Positions 12,584 to 25,045 of a DNA stretch of 64,000 nt are shown piece after piece; the stretch's first letter is position 1, and each line of letters opens with the position of its first letter. The stretch spans positions 96,224,001-96,288,000 of the forward strand of contig OX597824.1 in assembly GCA_951406725.2 (NCBI GenBank), in the 5' to 3' direction. The translations under genes and the position numbers were made by a program. Below the pieces are notes generated by a model that was given only the letters and a program-made list of their open reading frames with translations, had not been told where the DNA came from and did no database searches. This DNA comes from Octopus vulgaris (Eukaryota).

Positions 12584-12851
12584 CAGTGGTTCTCAAACTT
12601 TTTCAGACAGCCACCCCCTTGGCACCCAGGCCACATTCCTAGCACCCCCACCCCTAACTCACCACCCCAAACAGAGACCATTTTCTGTGCAAATTTCAAA
12701 ACAACTGTAATTCACAAATAAAACTTAACCTAATTAACCCATTGTTTTGGCCACCCCATCGTTATCCCACTTTTCCTCAATGCTCCCACTCACACCCTGG
12801 ATCTTTACACTGCCCCCAGGGGAACAGTATTGCTCACTTTTGGAACCACTG
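12584..12851. mobile_element. hAT/Charlie-like MITE
   Basis: TIRs CAGTGGTTCTCAAA ... TTTTGGAACCACTG; no intact TSD. Confidence 0.6.
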
Positions 12852-13186
12852 ATATAAAGCATTGGCTAGTCACAACACTTTCTCTTGGAAGGTCACTTGT
12901 GGATGGGACACCAACTCATTGCAAAGTTTGACCAAGCTGTGGCAGCTGATGTTCATTTTCAGCCAAGTGAACTGGAGCAACCTAAAATGAAGTACCTTGC
13001 TTAAGGACATAATGCTTTGTCTGGCCCAGGAATCAAACCTACTGCCTTACGGTTGAACTTAAGACCCTAACAACTAAATCAATTTATTTCAGAGACCCTT
13101 GCATGAGCAAGTAGTTCAGGTTTTCTCATCAATTTACTAAAGAAATCCTGCATTTGACCATAGAAAGAAAATAGTCACCAATATAG

Positions 13187-13356
13187 GTGCAGGAGTGGCT
13201 GTGTGGTAAGTAGCTTGCTTACCAGCCACATGGTTCCAGGTTCAATCTCACTGTGTGGCACCTTGGGCAAGTGTCTTCTGCTATAGCCTCGGGCCAACCA
13301 AAGCCTTGTGAGTGGATTTGGTAGATGGAAACTGAAAGAAGCTCGTCATATATATG

Positions 13357-13407
<51 letters not shown>

Positions 13408-13608
13408 GTGTCTGTGTTTGTCCCCCCAACATCGCTTGACAACCGATGCTGGTGTGTTTACGTCCCCGTCACTTAGCGGTTCGGCAAAAGAGACCGACAG
13501 AACAAGTACTAGGCTTACAAAGAATAAGTCCTGGGGGTCGATTTGCTTGACTAAAGGCGGTGCTCCAGTATGGCCGCAGTCAAATGACTGAAACAAGTAA
13601 AAGAGTAT
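13187..13608 (+). mobile_element. Full-length tRNA-derived SINE family A
   Basis: A box TGGCTGTGTGG, B box GGTTCAATCTC, CCTTGGGCAAGT segment, internal (TG)n, AAAAGAGTA tail; other copies at 25443-25797, 33846-34245(-), 39700-40090, 54593-54985, 29420-29800(-). Confidence 0.85.
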
Positions 13609-14692
13609 CAAACTTAATCTAATCTTTTATGCATGAGTTTATTTATGGGTTGAAATCTTAACGAGTCTGCTTCTCCTCAGTATTTCCGCTTGAGAGACTC
13701 CTTTCTTAACGTGAACATGAATTGCCCTACAAGGATCTTATTATTCACACAGATTTACTATTAGTCATGTTAAAAAAAGTCTGAAAATACAAAAAAAAAA
13801 CTACTATCAACTTTGCTTGCCTACTTAACATGCAGAAGAGGTCCGACATTATGTATGCTACAAGAAAATATATGAAATTGAACATTTCCTTCAAATTAAT
13901 GGATATATCTAACGAACATATGAGCAATTAGCTATTCTCGGCTTCTTTATTCTAGTCTTTGAAGCTTTTACAAAAGAGTTCACGGTTAGATGACAACGAG
14001 GACTTACATACAATTCCCATTGAAGATTATTTCCTTTTATTCCTATTTTACTGGCTTCAGTCATTGGACTTCGACCATACTGGAGCACTAGGTTTCTGTC
14101 AGATTTCACTCACAAGGTAATGGTAACGGTCAACCCGAGATTATAGAAGTCAAATGCTCAAAGTGAAATTGAACCAGAATAATGTGGTGGTGGTGGTGGT
14201 GGTGGTGGTGACAACTAAACCACACAACTAAACCTGTGTCTTGTGTATGACTGAGATTTGGAAGAGCAGCATAGAATGAAAAACATCTAATGATCACCTC
14301 CTCCAATGACCCCTCTGTTTATAGCAAGACACCTGTTTCTGCCTCTCTGTCAGATAACATAGTCCTTTCTATACAGGTGCAGGCATGGCTGTGGGGGTTA
14401 AACACCTCACCTTTCCTGTCATGTGATTCTGGGCTCAATCCCCAGAAGAACAACAAAGTCAACCTCAATGCCAATTAATCTCAGAGTGTAAAAAAACTGG
14501 AATAAATGCTACACGGTAATTGTTTCAGGTCTCTAATGATTCTGTCAACTCACAGCTTTTTATTGTGAATATAATAAAAATAGATTAATTATATGCAACT
14601 GCGGCTCAAGGCCTTTGATGTAGATGTATATTTATAATCTTTTATTATTGATACTGGTGACTCATTGATAATATAATTATGTTAAGTCTTAC

Positions 14693-14782
14693 CTCAGCGT
14701 ACTGGATCTTCATATCAGTATGTAGCTGTCGAAAGCGGCTGTAACGCCTAAACACTGACCAGGTCTCATCTTTCACACATAT
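14693..14782 (-). CDS. KIF16B: KIF16B exon, PX domain RRY motif
   Basis: cag|...|gtaaga; 90 nt, phase 0-0; ICVKDETWSVFRRYSRFRQLHTDMKIQYAE. Confidence 0.96.
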
Positions 14783-14934
14783 CTGTAATTAAAAAAGAAA
14801 AAAAGAAAAATGTCTTTTTATATAAAGCAATCATTGCATATTACTTTCACATGCTTGTTTAGGTCAGATGGAATTTGTTGAGGTAGATTTTCTATAGCTG
14901 GCTGCCATTCCTGTCACTAACCCTCACCAGATTG

Positions 14935-16441
14935 TTGCTTTGAAGATAGCGGGAGTGAGCAACAAGGACAGAACTAAAAAGTTGAGTGTGGACTCTAAAA
15001 CAGTGTTCGATACCTGGAAAAGATATATGGATTCTGCTCCTACCACTATTCCTGGTAGGAAATGATCAATTTGTACCAAACAAACTGTTGAAGATGTGAA
15101 GAAATGAATGAACCGAAATCTCCACACAGGAGTACAAGAAAAACTGCAAAAGCTCTTGGGATTTTGAAACTGTCAATGCATAAGATTTTTAAAGCGGATT
15201 TAACGCTAACTGCATACAAGAAACAATCCTGGCAGTTAATTTCAGCAGCTTGACGGGTGAAACCATGTTGGTTGAGATGAAGCACATAGTTAACAAAGTG
15301 TTGATTTGGTCCAACGAAAAGATCTTTACTGTGGAGGCAGTCACCAAGAGACAGAATGATAGGTTTTATGCACATAATGCAGGAGACTTTGCCGAAGGTA
15401 GCAGGGGTCATTTATGCCACCACAAACCAGCTTCACTCATGGTAATGTCCGCAGTTGCATCTGATGGATCTAAGTCCTCTTTGATGTTGGTGTCAACGTC
15501 AACAGTGAAGTTTATGTGGAAATGATGGATGAGAAAGAGTTACCCAGGGTCAAAGAAACCTTGAGGCACTGTTACATCTTCACTGAAGATGGGGCTCTGA
15601 TAGAACCGTTAGCATGCTGGACGAAATGCTCAGCGGTATTTCGCCCATCGTTACGTTCTGAGTTCAAATTCTGCCAAGGTCGATTTTGCCTTTCATCCTT
15701 TCGGGGTCGATAAATTAAGTACCAGTTTCGCACTGGGGTCGATGTAATCGACTTAATCCCTTTGTCCTTGTTTGTCCCCTCTATGTTTAGCCCCTTGTGG
15801 GCAGTAAAGAAATATATACATCTAATTTGAAACAGAGGTGGTGCAAAGAGCATTCAGCGGTTTTGAAGACAAGACGATATGGCCTCCCTCAAGTCCAGAC
15901 ATCAATCCCATGGACTTTGCTATCTGGTCTCTCTACGAGAGTCATGTTTCTGCTCACCCCTGTCCAAATGTGTCAGATCTGAAGAAAGCTCTTCTGTTTT
16001 CGTGGGTCAAGTTGGATGAAGAGGTGGTAAGGCACAGATGCAACTCAGTGACCACTTGTTTGCAGGACATGATCAAGGTGAAAGGTGGTAATTTTGAAAG
16101 GTAGTTACTGTAATGGACTGCTAAATTTCATTCTCCTACCTGAAGTTCACTTTGAATAATTAAGAAATATCAATGGGTAAATTTTTCTTATTTCTTTACT
16201 ACCCACAAGGGGCTACACACAGAGAGGACAAACAAGGACAGACAAAGGGATTAAATCGATTACATCAACCCCAGTGCATAACTGGTGCTTAATTTATCGA
16301 CCCCAAAAGGATGAAGGGCAAAGTCGACCTCAGCGGAATTTGAACTCAGAACGTAACCACAAGCGAAATACCACTAAGCCTGGTGTGCTAACGTTTCTGC
16401 CAGCTTGCCGCCAAATGAGTAAATTTTTCTGGGACACCCTG
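14935..16441 (+). pseudogene. Decayed Tc1/mariner transposon, DD37D (maT) type, with two nested SINEs
   Basis: Frame-shifted motifs WSNEKIFTVE..RQNDR, FTEDGA, WPPSSPDINPMDF; 37 residues between the 2nd and 3rd catalytic D after removing the SINE and one frameshift; right TIR TTTCTGGGACACCCTG followed by TA. Confidence 0.85.
16189..16413 (-). mobile_element. SINE family B with 17-bp TSD (1 mismatch)
   Basis: AATGGGTAAATTTTTCT (16172-16188) / AATGAGTAAATTTTTCT (16414-16430). Confidence 0.85.
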
Positions 16442-17714
16442 TATACACACACCCACACGTGTACATGATATGTATTCCCTGTGTTTTTCCATTCATACTA
16501 TAACTGATCTCTGTTTCAGTTTGTTGAAATGCTGTCAACAACAGAAACTGGTTCTCTTCCTATTATCCCACCCACTGACACCTCCCACACCAGAACTTGC
16601 AAGTAAACAGACCAGCAGGAATTGATAGCCAGATCTTCCTCAAAATCACACCCTACCATTTTAAAAAGAAAAAGGAAGTACGCACTCCATAAAGAAACAA
16701 TACATGAATAAAAAATGGGATGGCCAAGGGTGGGATGCATTTGGCTAAAGACCTGCTCAACCAAGGCTGAGGAGGTTGTCCAAAGTGTACTTCCACTTTG
16801 TAATTAGTAACATTTCAAACACATCAACCGCAGTAGTCTCAGCTGGTTATCCTTATCTTTGCGACCCATCCTGTCATATTTCTATTACTAGTGTACTAGT
16901 CATACTAAAACAGCTAAGGACCTGTACTCACATAAAAGTCATAGTTTCAAGATAACAAGACTTATCACAATCCAAAATACTTACAACACACAGGTGTAAA
17001 TCATACTAAACAGTTAGTTTCTTAGCAACGTTCTGAGCCGATTTATCAGTTGCATTGACTTGTCACAACTACCCACATATCTTGCTATTTTCCTGCCGAC
17101 ATTAGAAAGTCACCTTGAGACCTGACGTAATAAAGACATCACAGAGTTGCTCAGGGGCCTCTACGTCAGCTCTGTTTACGACTATTCAACTTCAACCTCT
17201 TCTTTTGTAGTTCAGATGACAGCTTCGAAAGCTGAAAACAAGAGGCTTTTGTGAAAATTTGCTTTAGCTCCATATTGGGGTCTCGAGTTTATGTTTCATT
17301 TATGACGACGAGTGTAAAAAATTATGGTTCGTATTACAGCTTTAATCTTTTTCTGTCTGGATTATCATAGCAGGACATCAAGTCAATTATTTCATCTCAA
17401 AATATTTCAGAAGGATTTCTTAATTTTGTATAAGACTACAAATTTATAGAAAGGAAGAAAATGTTAAATTAAGGTTATGAATTTGGAAGCTAGTCAGGGT
17501 GGTGAGCTGGTAGAATCATTAGTCTTTTGGCTCTTTAAGTTCTGAGTTCAAATACAGCCGAGGTCGGCTTTCATTCTTTAGGGGTTGATAAAATAAGTAC
17601 TTTTTAAGCATTGGGGTTGATGTCATTGGCTTCTCTCTCACCTCAAAATTGCTGGCCTTGTGCAGGCATGGCTGTGTGGCAAGAAGCTTCCTTCTTAACC
17701 ACATGGCCCCATAC

Positions 17715-17962
17715 CTATTTCTTTACTACCCACAAAGGGCTAAACACAGAGGGGACAAACAAGGACAGACAAACGGATGGAGTCGATTACATCAATCCCA
17801 ATGCGTAACTGGTACTTATTTAATCGCCCCCGAAAGGATGAAAGGCAAAGTCGACCTCAGCGGAATTTGAACTCAGAACGTAACAACAGATGAAATACGG
17901 CTACGCATTTCGCCCGGCGTGCTAACGTTTCTGCCAGCTCGCCGCATACCACCATGCTACAG
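17715..17962 (-). mobile_element. SINE family B with 15-bp TSD
   Basis: CACATGGCCCCATAC at 17700-17714 and 17963-17977. Confidence 0.88.
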
Positions 17963-18559
17963 CACATGGCCCCATACTGCCGCCACCACCACCTGCGATC
18001 AAGTTGATCTATGATCAAATACACCTTACAGCAATGACCATCCCTCCTTCTTTTACAGCAAAGTCTATCATGGTCAACATTACATGTGTTCTTTTCTTAA
18101 GAAAATAAAGTATGATTTATGAGAGATTCGACTTCTATTTCTAGTAGATTGAGTTACTATATAGGGGCTTTCCCCTCCCCCTCTCTCTCTCTGTTGCTGC
18201 CACCATCTTCAACATAATTTATATTCAGTCATGCTTGTATGAATTAGAAGACACTTGCTTAGTCACACAGATCAGTGCAGGTATTTTGTTATATTTGATT
18301 AGCCAAAGATTAGTAGCATAATGTACATTGGACTGTAGGTAAATGGAGCAAACATTTTAGAGTTGAAAGAGAGAGAGAACAGTTATAAAAGAATTTCTGT
18401 GTCAGAATATAGGAGATCAAACTGCCTGACCTACTAGAAACAGCAGCCACATCTGCCTTGAGTATACCCGAGAAAAGAAGATCATGTCAAATGAGGTGCT
18501 CCTGGTTTCATTGTATCCAAGAAAGTGGTGGGAAGGGATTTGGGTCAACCTGGAATTAA

Positions 18560-19092
18560 ACCCCTATCTTGCCCAGGATATCAATCGTCTGGAAGCTGTT
18601 CAGCGACGTGCAACCAAAAGAATACCCTCCATCAGGCATTTGCCATATCCTCAACGCCTTACTTCCCTGGGCATGGACACATTGAAACTCTGACGTCTGG
18701 CAGCTGACTTGGCAGACACCCATAAAATTATCAACCATCGCACAAACAATAACTCTGAGCACCTCTTCAAACTCCACCCATCTAACACCCGTGGACATAT
18801 TTACAAAGTAAGAAAATAGCACAGCTCCCATGACTTCAGGAAACATTTTTTCACGCTGAGAGTTGCTGAAGCATTGAACAAACTGCCGGCATCGGTTGTT
18901 AGTTGTTGGAGCACTGCATCCTTCAAAACTTCCATGCTTCCTGAGATTCGCCAACACTACACTTGATTTTCTCCCCTCCATACACACACAAGCATGTTCA
19001 CTTTCCAGACATTTCTACATTACTGCATGTACTTTATATGCACTTTCTGACAAGTTGTGGTGCACCTGAGCACTGTATACAATAATTTCATT
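18560..19092 (+). mobile_element. CR1/L2-group LINE 3' fragment
   Basis: NPYLAQDINRLEAVQRRATKRIP, internal stops, 3' UTR shared with copies at 42530-43130, 40722-40992 and 63490-63971. Confidence 0.85.
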
Positions 19093-19564
19093 ATATATTA
19101 TATATATAAACAGCAGCTATGACTAGCACAATGAAATGCTGTACCCCAGGAGTGGGGAAGCCCCTGCCCACAGGGGCAATTGTGCCCACAGGCCCATTTT
19201 ATTATATCTGCAGGCTGATATACTCGTATGTACGAAATATAGTCAATTTTTTCAATTATAAAATTTACACAATACTCGTATGCCTCTTTGCAACATAGGC
19301 TGGAGCCTGGTGCAGCCTCCTGGTTTGCCAGTCCTCAGTCAAACCATCCAACCCAGGCCAGCATGGAAAGCAGACGTTAAACAACGATGGTGATGATGAT
19401 GATCTTACATAGTAAGAGAAACAAATTAGTGGTTGTGTATGTATGTGTGCACATGTATGAATGTATGTGTGTATGTATGTATGAATGTGTATATGTGTGT
19501 GTGAGTATGTATGTGTGTGTGCTCGCATACGTGTGCATGTGTGTGTATGTATGTATGTAAAAAA

Positions 19565-19825
19565 AAGGTAAAAATAAAGTTATCCTCTTGAGTCACACTG
19601 ACTCATAGGGGCCGGTTTCCCCGTTTCCATGGCATATAAATTCCCCACTTGGGCAAGACGCTGGTCTGTCACAGGGTCACTCATTTTTGCCAGCTGAGTG
19701 GACTGGAGCCACATGAAATGAAGTGTCTTGCTCAAGAACACAACACACTGCCTGGTCCAGGATTTGAAACCACAATCTTACAATCATGAGTCCAACACCC
19801 TAACCACTAAGCCACACACCTCCAC
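19565..19825 (-). mobile_element. tRNA-derived SINE family D
   Basis: Head GTGGCTTAGTGGTTAGGG...GGTTTCAAATCC, then CTTGAGCAAGACACTT; related copies at ~12900-13075 and 28600-28890. Confidence 0.7.
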
Positions 19826-20038
19826 CATGTATGAGTGCATATGTATTTGCATGTGTGCATGTATGTGCCTGTATGTTTGTGTGTATGTGTGCATGTATGT
19901 ACGTGTGTGTATGCATGCATGTGTATGTGTATATGCCTCTATGTTTGTGTGTATGTATGTGTGGATTAATATATACATGTGTATGTAAGTATGTATATGT
20001 GTATGTATGCATGTATATATGTGTGTATGCATGCATGC

Positions 20039-20069
<31 letters not shown>

Positions 20070-20226
20070 TGTGCCTGTATGTTTGTGTGTATGCATGTGT
20101 GTATGAATGTATACATGTATGTATGTGCGTATGTATGTATGTATATGTGTGTATGTGTGTGCATGCATGTGCGTATTTATGTTTATATATATATATATAT
20201 ATATATGCGTGCATTTATGTATGTAT
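19826..20226. repeat. Compound (TG)/(TATG)/(TA) microsatellite
   Basis: Directly visible. Confidence 0.95.
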
Positions 20227-23016
20227 TTAAGTAATGGAACACAACGAGTTTATTGCAGGGATTACGAATTGAAGGAGTGTGCAAACAGAGAAACGGTAAT
20301 GTCATTGGAGGCTCCCTCAATATTTCAAAGCTTTTCCTTCCCCCCCGCCTCACTCTATTTCATAGTGAGATGATTGCATACGGCTTCTTGTAACAAGAAC
20401 AAACAGGAAAATATGTCAGCACCACATCCTGTTATGTTAAACAGATCTTGGACCACAGGAGGCCACAGCTTTTATGGTTAAATAATTGAAATAAGCAAAT
20501 ATATATTGTATTTCAGGATGGTTATTCCTTTTTCTTTGTCAAATAAACACATCCACAATATATATTTGTTCTTCACTTGTTTATTACTCTTCTTATTCTC
20601 TAACTCATGTCCATTGTACTGAAGTCTTTCACCACACATCTGTGACCTCTTCAGTGACACTTTCTTTCCTCATGTGTGCTCTCGCTCCATTTAGTCCATG
20701 GTTTCAACACCAAGTAACTACAGGTAGTGCACCAGCATGACCTTAGCCCTGGACTGAAACCAGTAAAAGATAACATGTATATGTGTGTGTATATTGGGGA
20801 CAAATTGAATTTGCCGAAAGGCTTCATTTCCACACATGCCAGCTGAATTCAATTTGTCCCAGGTTGAAAGACGCCTGTTGTTATGTCCTGTTATTATTAT
20901 TATTATTGCTATTTTCATTGTATTTTTGTATTTATATTCGTGTAACATCGTCCGTTTTTCCATCCTTGTTTTCGTATACATTCGAAGCTTTTTTCCAACG
21001 AATCTAATGCTCTTAATTTAGTTTTTCCTTGGGGCTGGCCAGATTGGAGCAATCTCAAGATTAATCAACCGAAATTGCAAGGATGATCTGGTTCTTGACT
21101 GAAGATAAAAAGCTTGTTTTTTTGTATCGTCTACCTGGATGTTTTGTTGTCCCTTTTTGTATCACCTAGTTGTCCGGATGTTTTGCGTTCTTGTCCCATT
21201 TTGTATTTTATTTTATATATATATACACACACACACACACATAAATATTCTGTTTACATAATCAGTTTGATCGGTCACCTTCCTCTGTGGGTTGAGTAAA
21301 GTGTCATCCAAACTAATGTTTATTGGTAAATAAACTTATTTTGCAACACTTATCAGCTTTGTTTTTGTTGATAACTCTTATCAATAACTTTTCCTGTGAT
21401 CCTGATTTGAGAAGACATACAACAATATGCTAAAGATTGGACATAAGCTCTTGTGGGCACGAAATGTAAAAGAAAGTTTATTATAAACAACACAAACACT
21501 TTGTAATTTAATAGCTTTCAATGTGATACCTGTTAAACAGAAATTATTTCCATTTAATGAAACTTAAAATCTAATTATAAGTAAGTGAAATTATGCTAAA
21601 TACAACTAAACTGAAAACATTTTTCCCCTGGCCATATTGGCAATTCTGAACCCCAGGACTTATTCTTTGTAAGCCTAGCACTTATTCTATTTTGCTGAAC
21701 CACTAAGCTATGGGGGACATAAACATATATATATGTTTATATAGACATAAATAAATATATGTACATATATACGATGGGCTTCTTTCAGTTTCCGTCTACC
21801 AAATCCACTCACAAGGCTTTGGTCAGCCCAAGGCTATAGTAGAAGACACTTGCCTAAAGTACCACGCAGTGGGACTGAACCCGGAACTATGTGGTTGGTA
21901 AGCAAGCTACTTACTACACAGCCACTCCTGTACCTATTTTTGGCAGTGTTTTATATACATATATATAGGCTATATATATTTTTTATATATATTGACACAT
22001 TGTGTCAAATGAACTCCGCCTGTCTAACATTTCTGTTTTATATTCTTTGGGGAAAATTTCCTAAAGATTCTGTTGAATTTTTTCTTTTAATTCTTTTTTA
22101 ATTTTTCTAGCCCTTCAAGGTGGTGCCTTTTCATGGTCACAGTCTGATGACTGGAACAAATAAAAGACAAATTAAATAAAGTAAAAATAGGTATAGAGGT
22201 AGGATGCTTATTGCACAACTCAGCCATACATTGTATGCATGTATTGGTGCCTTTTCATTTGCAGTGAGTTACTGAAACAAGTAAAATTTAATAAGTAAAT
22301 AAAATTAGAAATACAAAGGTAATCTTGATCTCCAACTTAACATGGCGATTAGAACATGCAATACTGTGTTATTTATCTTGAGAGTATGTATCATTATGGA
22401 GTCATGGTGCATAGAAGCATAATGATAAATAAAATGGTATTTCTGTAACAAAGAATACAAACAATGTGTTTGGAATAATAAATTTAAATTCTAGTAATTA
22501 AGCAAAAACAAAGTGTTTTACTTCCTGAGCGATTCAAACATGTACAATCAGTTGCTTAACCCTTTTGTTTTCATATTCCTGCTTTAATTAATTTTGTTTT
22601 AATTAATTTTGAAAATAATGAAAAATTTAGTAAAATAATTATGTCATTATTTAGTTGGTATTTGGAACAAAGGAATATGAAATGAAAATGAAAGATTTTT
22701 AAAATTTAGATCACATTAACCCATTTTAACCCAGGTTAACCCTGTCGAAATTTTGAAGATCATCATCATCATCGTTTAGCGTCCACTTTCCATGCTAGCA
22801 TGGGAGGGATAACAAACGTATGGAAGCGTCCAGTTAACCTTTATTGCAGTAAACAAACCAAATACAACTGTCCTCAAATGAGGACAGTGGGTTAAAATGA
22901 GTTAAAACAGAATGGTTTAGAACTAAGGATAGCTCCAGGCATCTTGGCGTCAAAAGGGTTAAACTTAGATTTTTTTTGGAAACTGTTATAAAATGTAATT
23001 ACATGTAGGAACTTAC

Positions 23017-23139
23017 CTTGACTTCATACTCATAATGAGTGTCCGAACCATGGCCTCGATAAAGATAAGTAGGAATGTATATCCGAATGGCACTGGTTTG
23101 GTTCTGGTTGGAACCAGTGAAAATGTCAGGAGAAGAAGG
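23017..23139 (-). CDS. KIF16B: KIF16B exon, PX domain start
   Basis: cag|...|gtaagt; 123 nt, phase 0-0; ...AIRIYIPTYLYRGHGSDTHYEYEVK. Confidence 0.95.
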
Positions 23140-23684
23140 CTGCAAAAGATAGACAATATGGAATTTCAATTACTTTTTTGCAATTTAAATTTCAATTATG
23201 TCCTCATTTAAAAAAAAAATTCTGTGGCTACAACAAAAAGAAAAAAATTGTTTAAAACCATGATTATTATGCAAGCCTGGAATAATAATAATAATGATGA
23301 TGATGATAACAACAATCCTTTTGGGGGAGGAGACCAGTCGATTACTTCGACCCCAGTGTTTCACTGGTACTTTATTTATTGACTCTGAAAGGGTGAAAGG
23401 CAAAGTCGACCTTGGCAGAATTTGAACTCAGAATGTAGCAGCAGATGAAATATTGTTAAGCATTTCACCCGGCATGCTAAAGATTCTGCCAGCTTGCCAC
23501 TTTAATAATAATAATAATAATCCTTTCTACAATAACCACAAAGCCTGAAAAGTTGGGGGAGGGGCTAGTTGATTAGATCAACCCCAGTGTGTAACTGGTA
23601 CTTATTTCATTGACCCTGAAAAGATGAAAGGCAAAGTTAGCCTTGGCAGAATTTGAACTCAGAATGTAAAGACTGACAGAATGC

Positions 23685-23717
<33 letters not shown>

Positions 23718-24630
23718 TGATGATAAAAATAATAATAATAATAATAAATACCCTGATGCAACACCAGGCAGTGGTTCTCGTGGCTTCTGATCTTAACTGA
23801 TTGGCAGTGTTATCATGTACATTGTTTTGTCTTGGTATAAAAGATGGGCTACAAAAAATATTCTGGTTAGTACCACAGATTTGCTAGTTGCATGACCATA
23901 ACCAGTTGGGCATGTCCCTTAGTGGCTGACGATATGTGAATCTCTGATCACGAGCAGAAGTAGTGGAGGAGCATCATAGCCATGTGTCGAGAGGGATTCT
24001 TTAGGGTTTGGATAATTCACCTCTGGAAACATGGGTGTTTTGTTCAACATCTTTAAACAACCCTTATTCAGGGACTTTTTGAGTGGGATGGGTTACTCGA
24101 TCAGAAGAAAATTGGACCCCACCTGCAACATGATGTGTTGTTTATCTTGCTGAGATCCCTGTGTCATGTACATTTAGTCATGATGTATGTGCTGCCCTCT
24201 TTCACTCAATAATAATAATAATGATGATGATGATAATGATGATGGCTTGAAAGAACTCATTTAATTGCTAGAGTATGTGTGCTGCTGGGACAATCTTTAA
24301 GTTTGCTGCCCCTCCTGTGCCATTACAGCCTATGCAGGCTTATAGAGCAGATCTTAAAGTTCCACCTACATAAAAGGTGTTGCTTGGGGGTTAGTTGTGC
24401 CACTGCATGCCCCTGACCAACGCTACTGAAGATACTGAGAGAACTACTATGGTGACATATTGATAGTTTATCAGAATAGCAAATTGAATGAAACACATCA
24501 TCACCATCATCAACATCCTCATCATTGTTCAACATCCGTTTTCCATACTGGCATGGGTTGGATGGTTTGATAGGAGCGGGCCAACTGGGGAGCTGTCCAG
24601 ATTCCAATTGTCTGTTGTGGCATGGTTTCT

Positions 24631-25045
24631 TATTTCTTTACTACCCACAAGGGGATAAACATAGAGGGGACAAACAAGGACAGACAAACGGATTAAGTCG
24701 ATTAGATCGACTCCAGTGTGTGACTGGTACTTAATTTATCGACCCTAAAAGGATGAAAGGCAAAGTCGACCTTGGCGGAATTTGAACTCAGAACGTAACA
24801 GCAGACGAAATACCTATTTCTTTACTACCCACAAGGGGCTAAGCACAGAGAGGACAAACAAGGACAGACAAAGGGATTAAGTCGATTACATCGATCCCAG
24901 TGCGTGACTGGTACTTGTTTAATCGGCCCCAAAAGGATGAAAGGCAAAGTTGACCTCGACGGAATTTGAACTCAGAATGTAATGGCAGACAAAATACTGC
25001 TAAGCATTTTGCCTGGCGTGCTAACGATTCTGCCAGCTCGCCGCC
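24631..25045 (-). mobile_element. Head-to-tail dimer of SINE family B inside a family C copy
   Basis: 16-bp TSD TTGTGGCATGGTTTCT at 24615-24630 and 25046-25061. Confidence 0.88.

Noticed and set aside
19728-20373. Cluster of overlapping C/V/Y/M and H/T/I ORFs
   Set aside because: Dinucleotide and tetranucleotide microsatellite; the same holds for similar ORFs at 10-11 kb, 13.3 kb, 26.8 kb and 40.6 kb.
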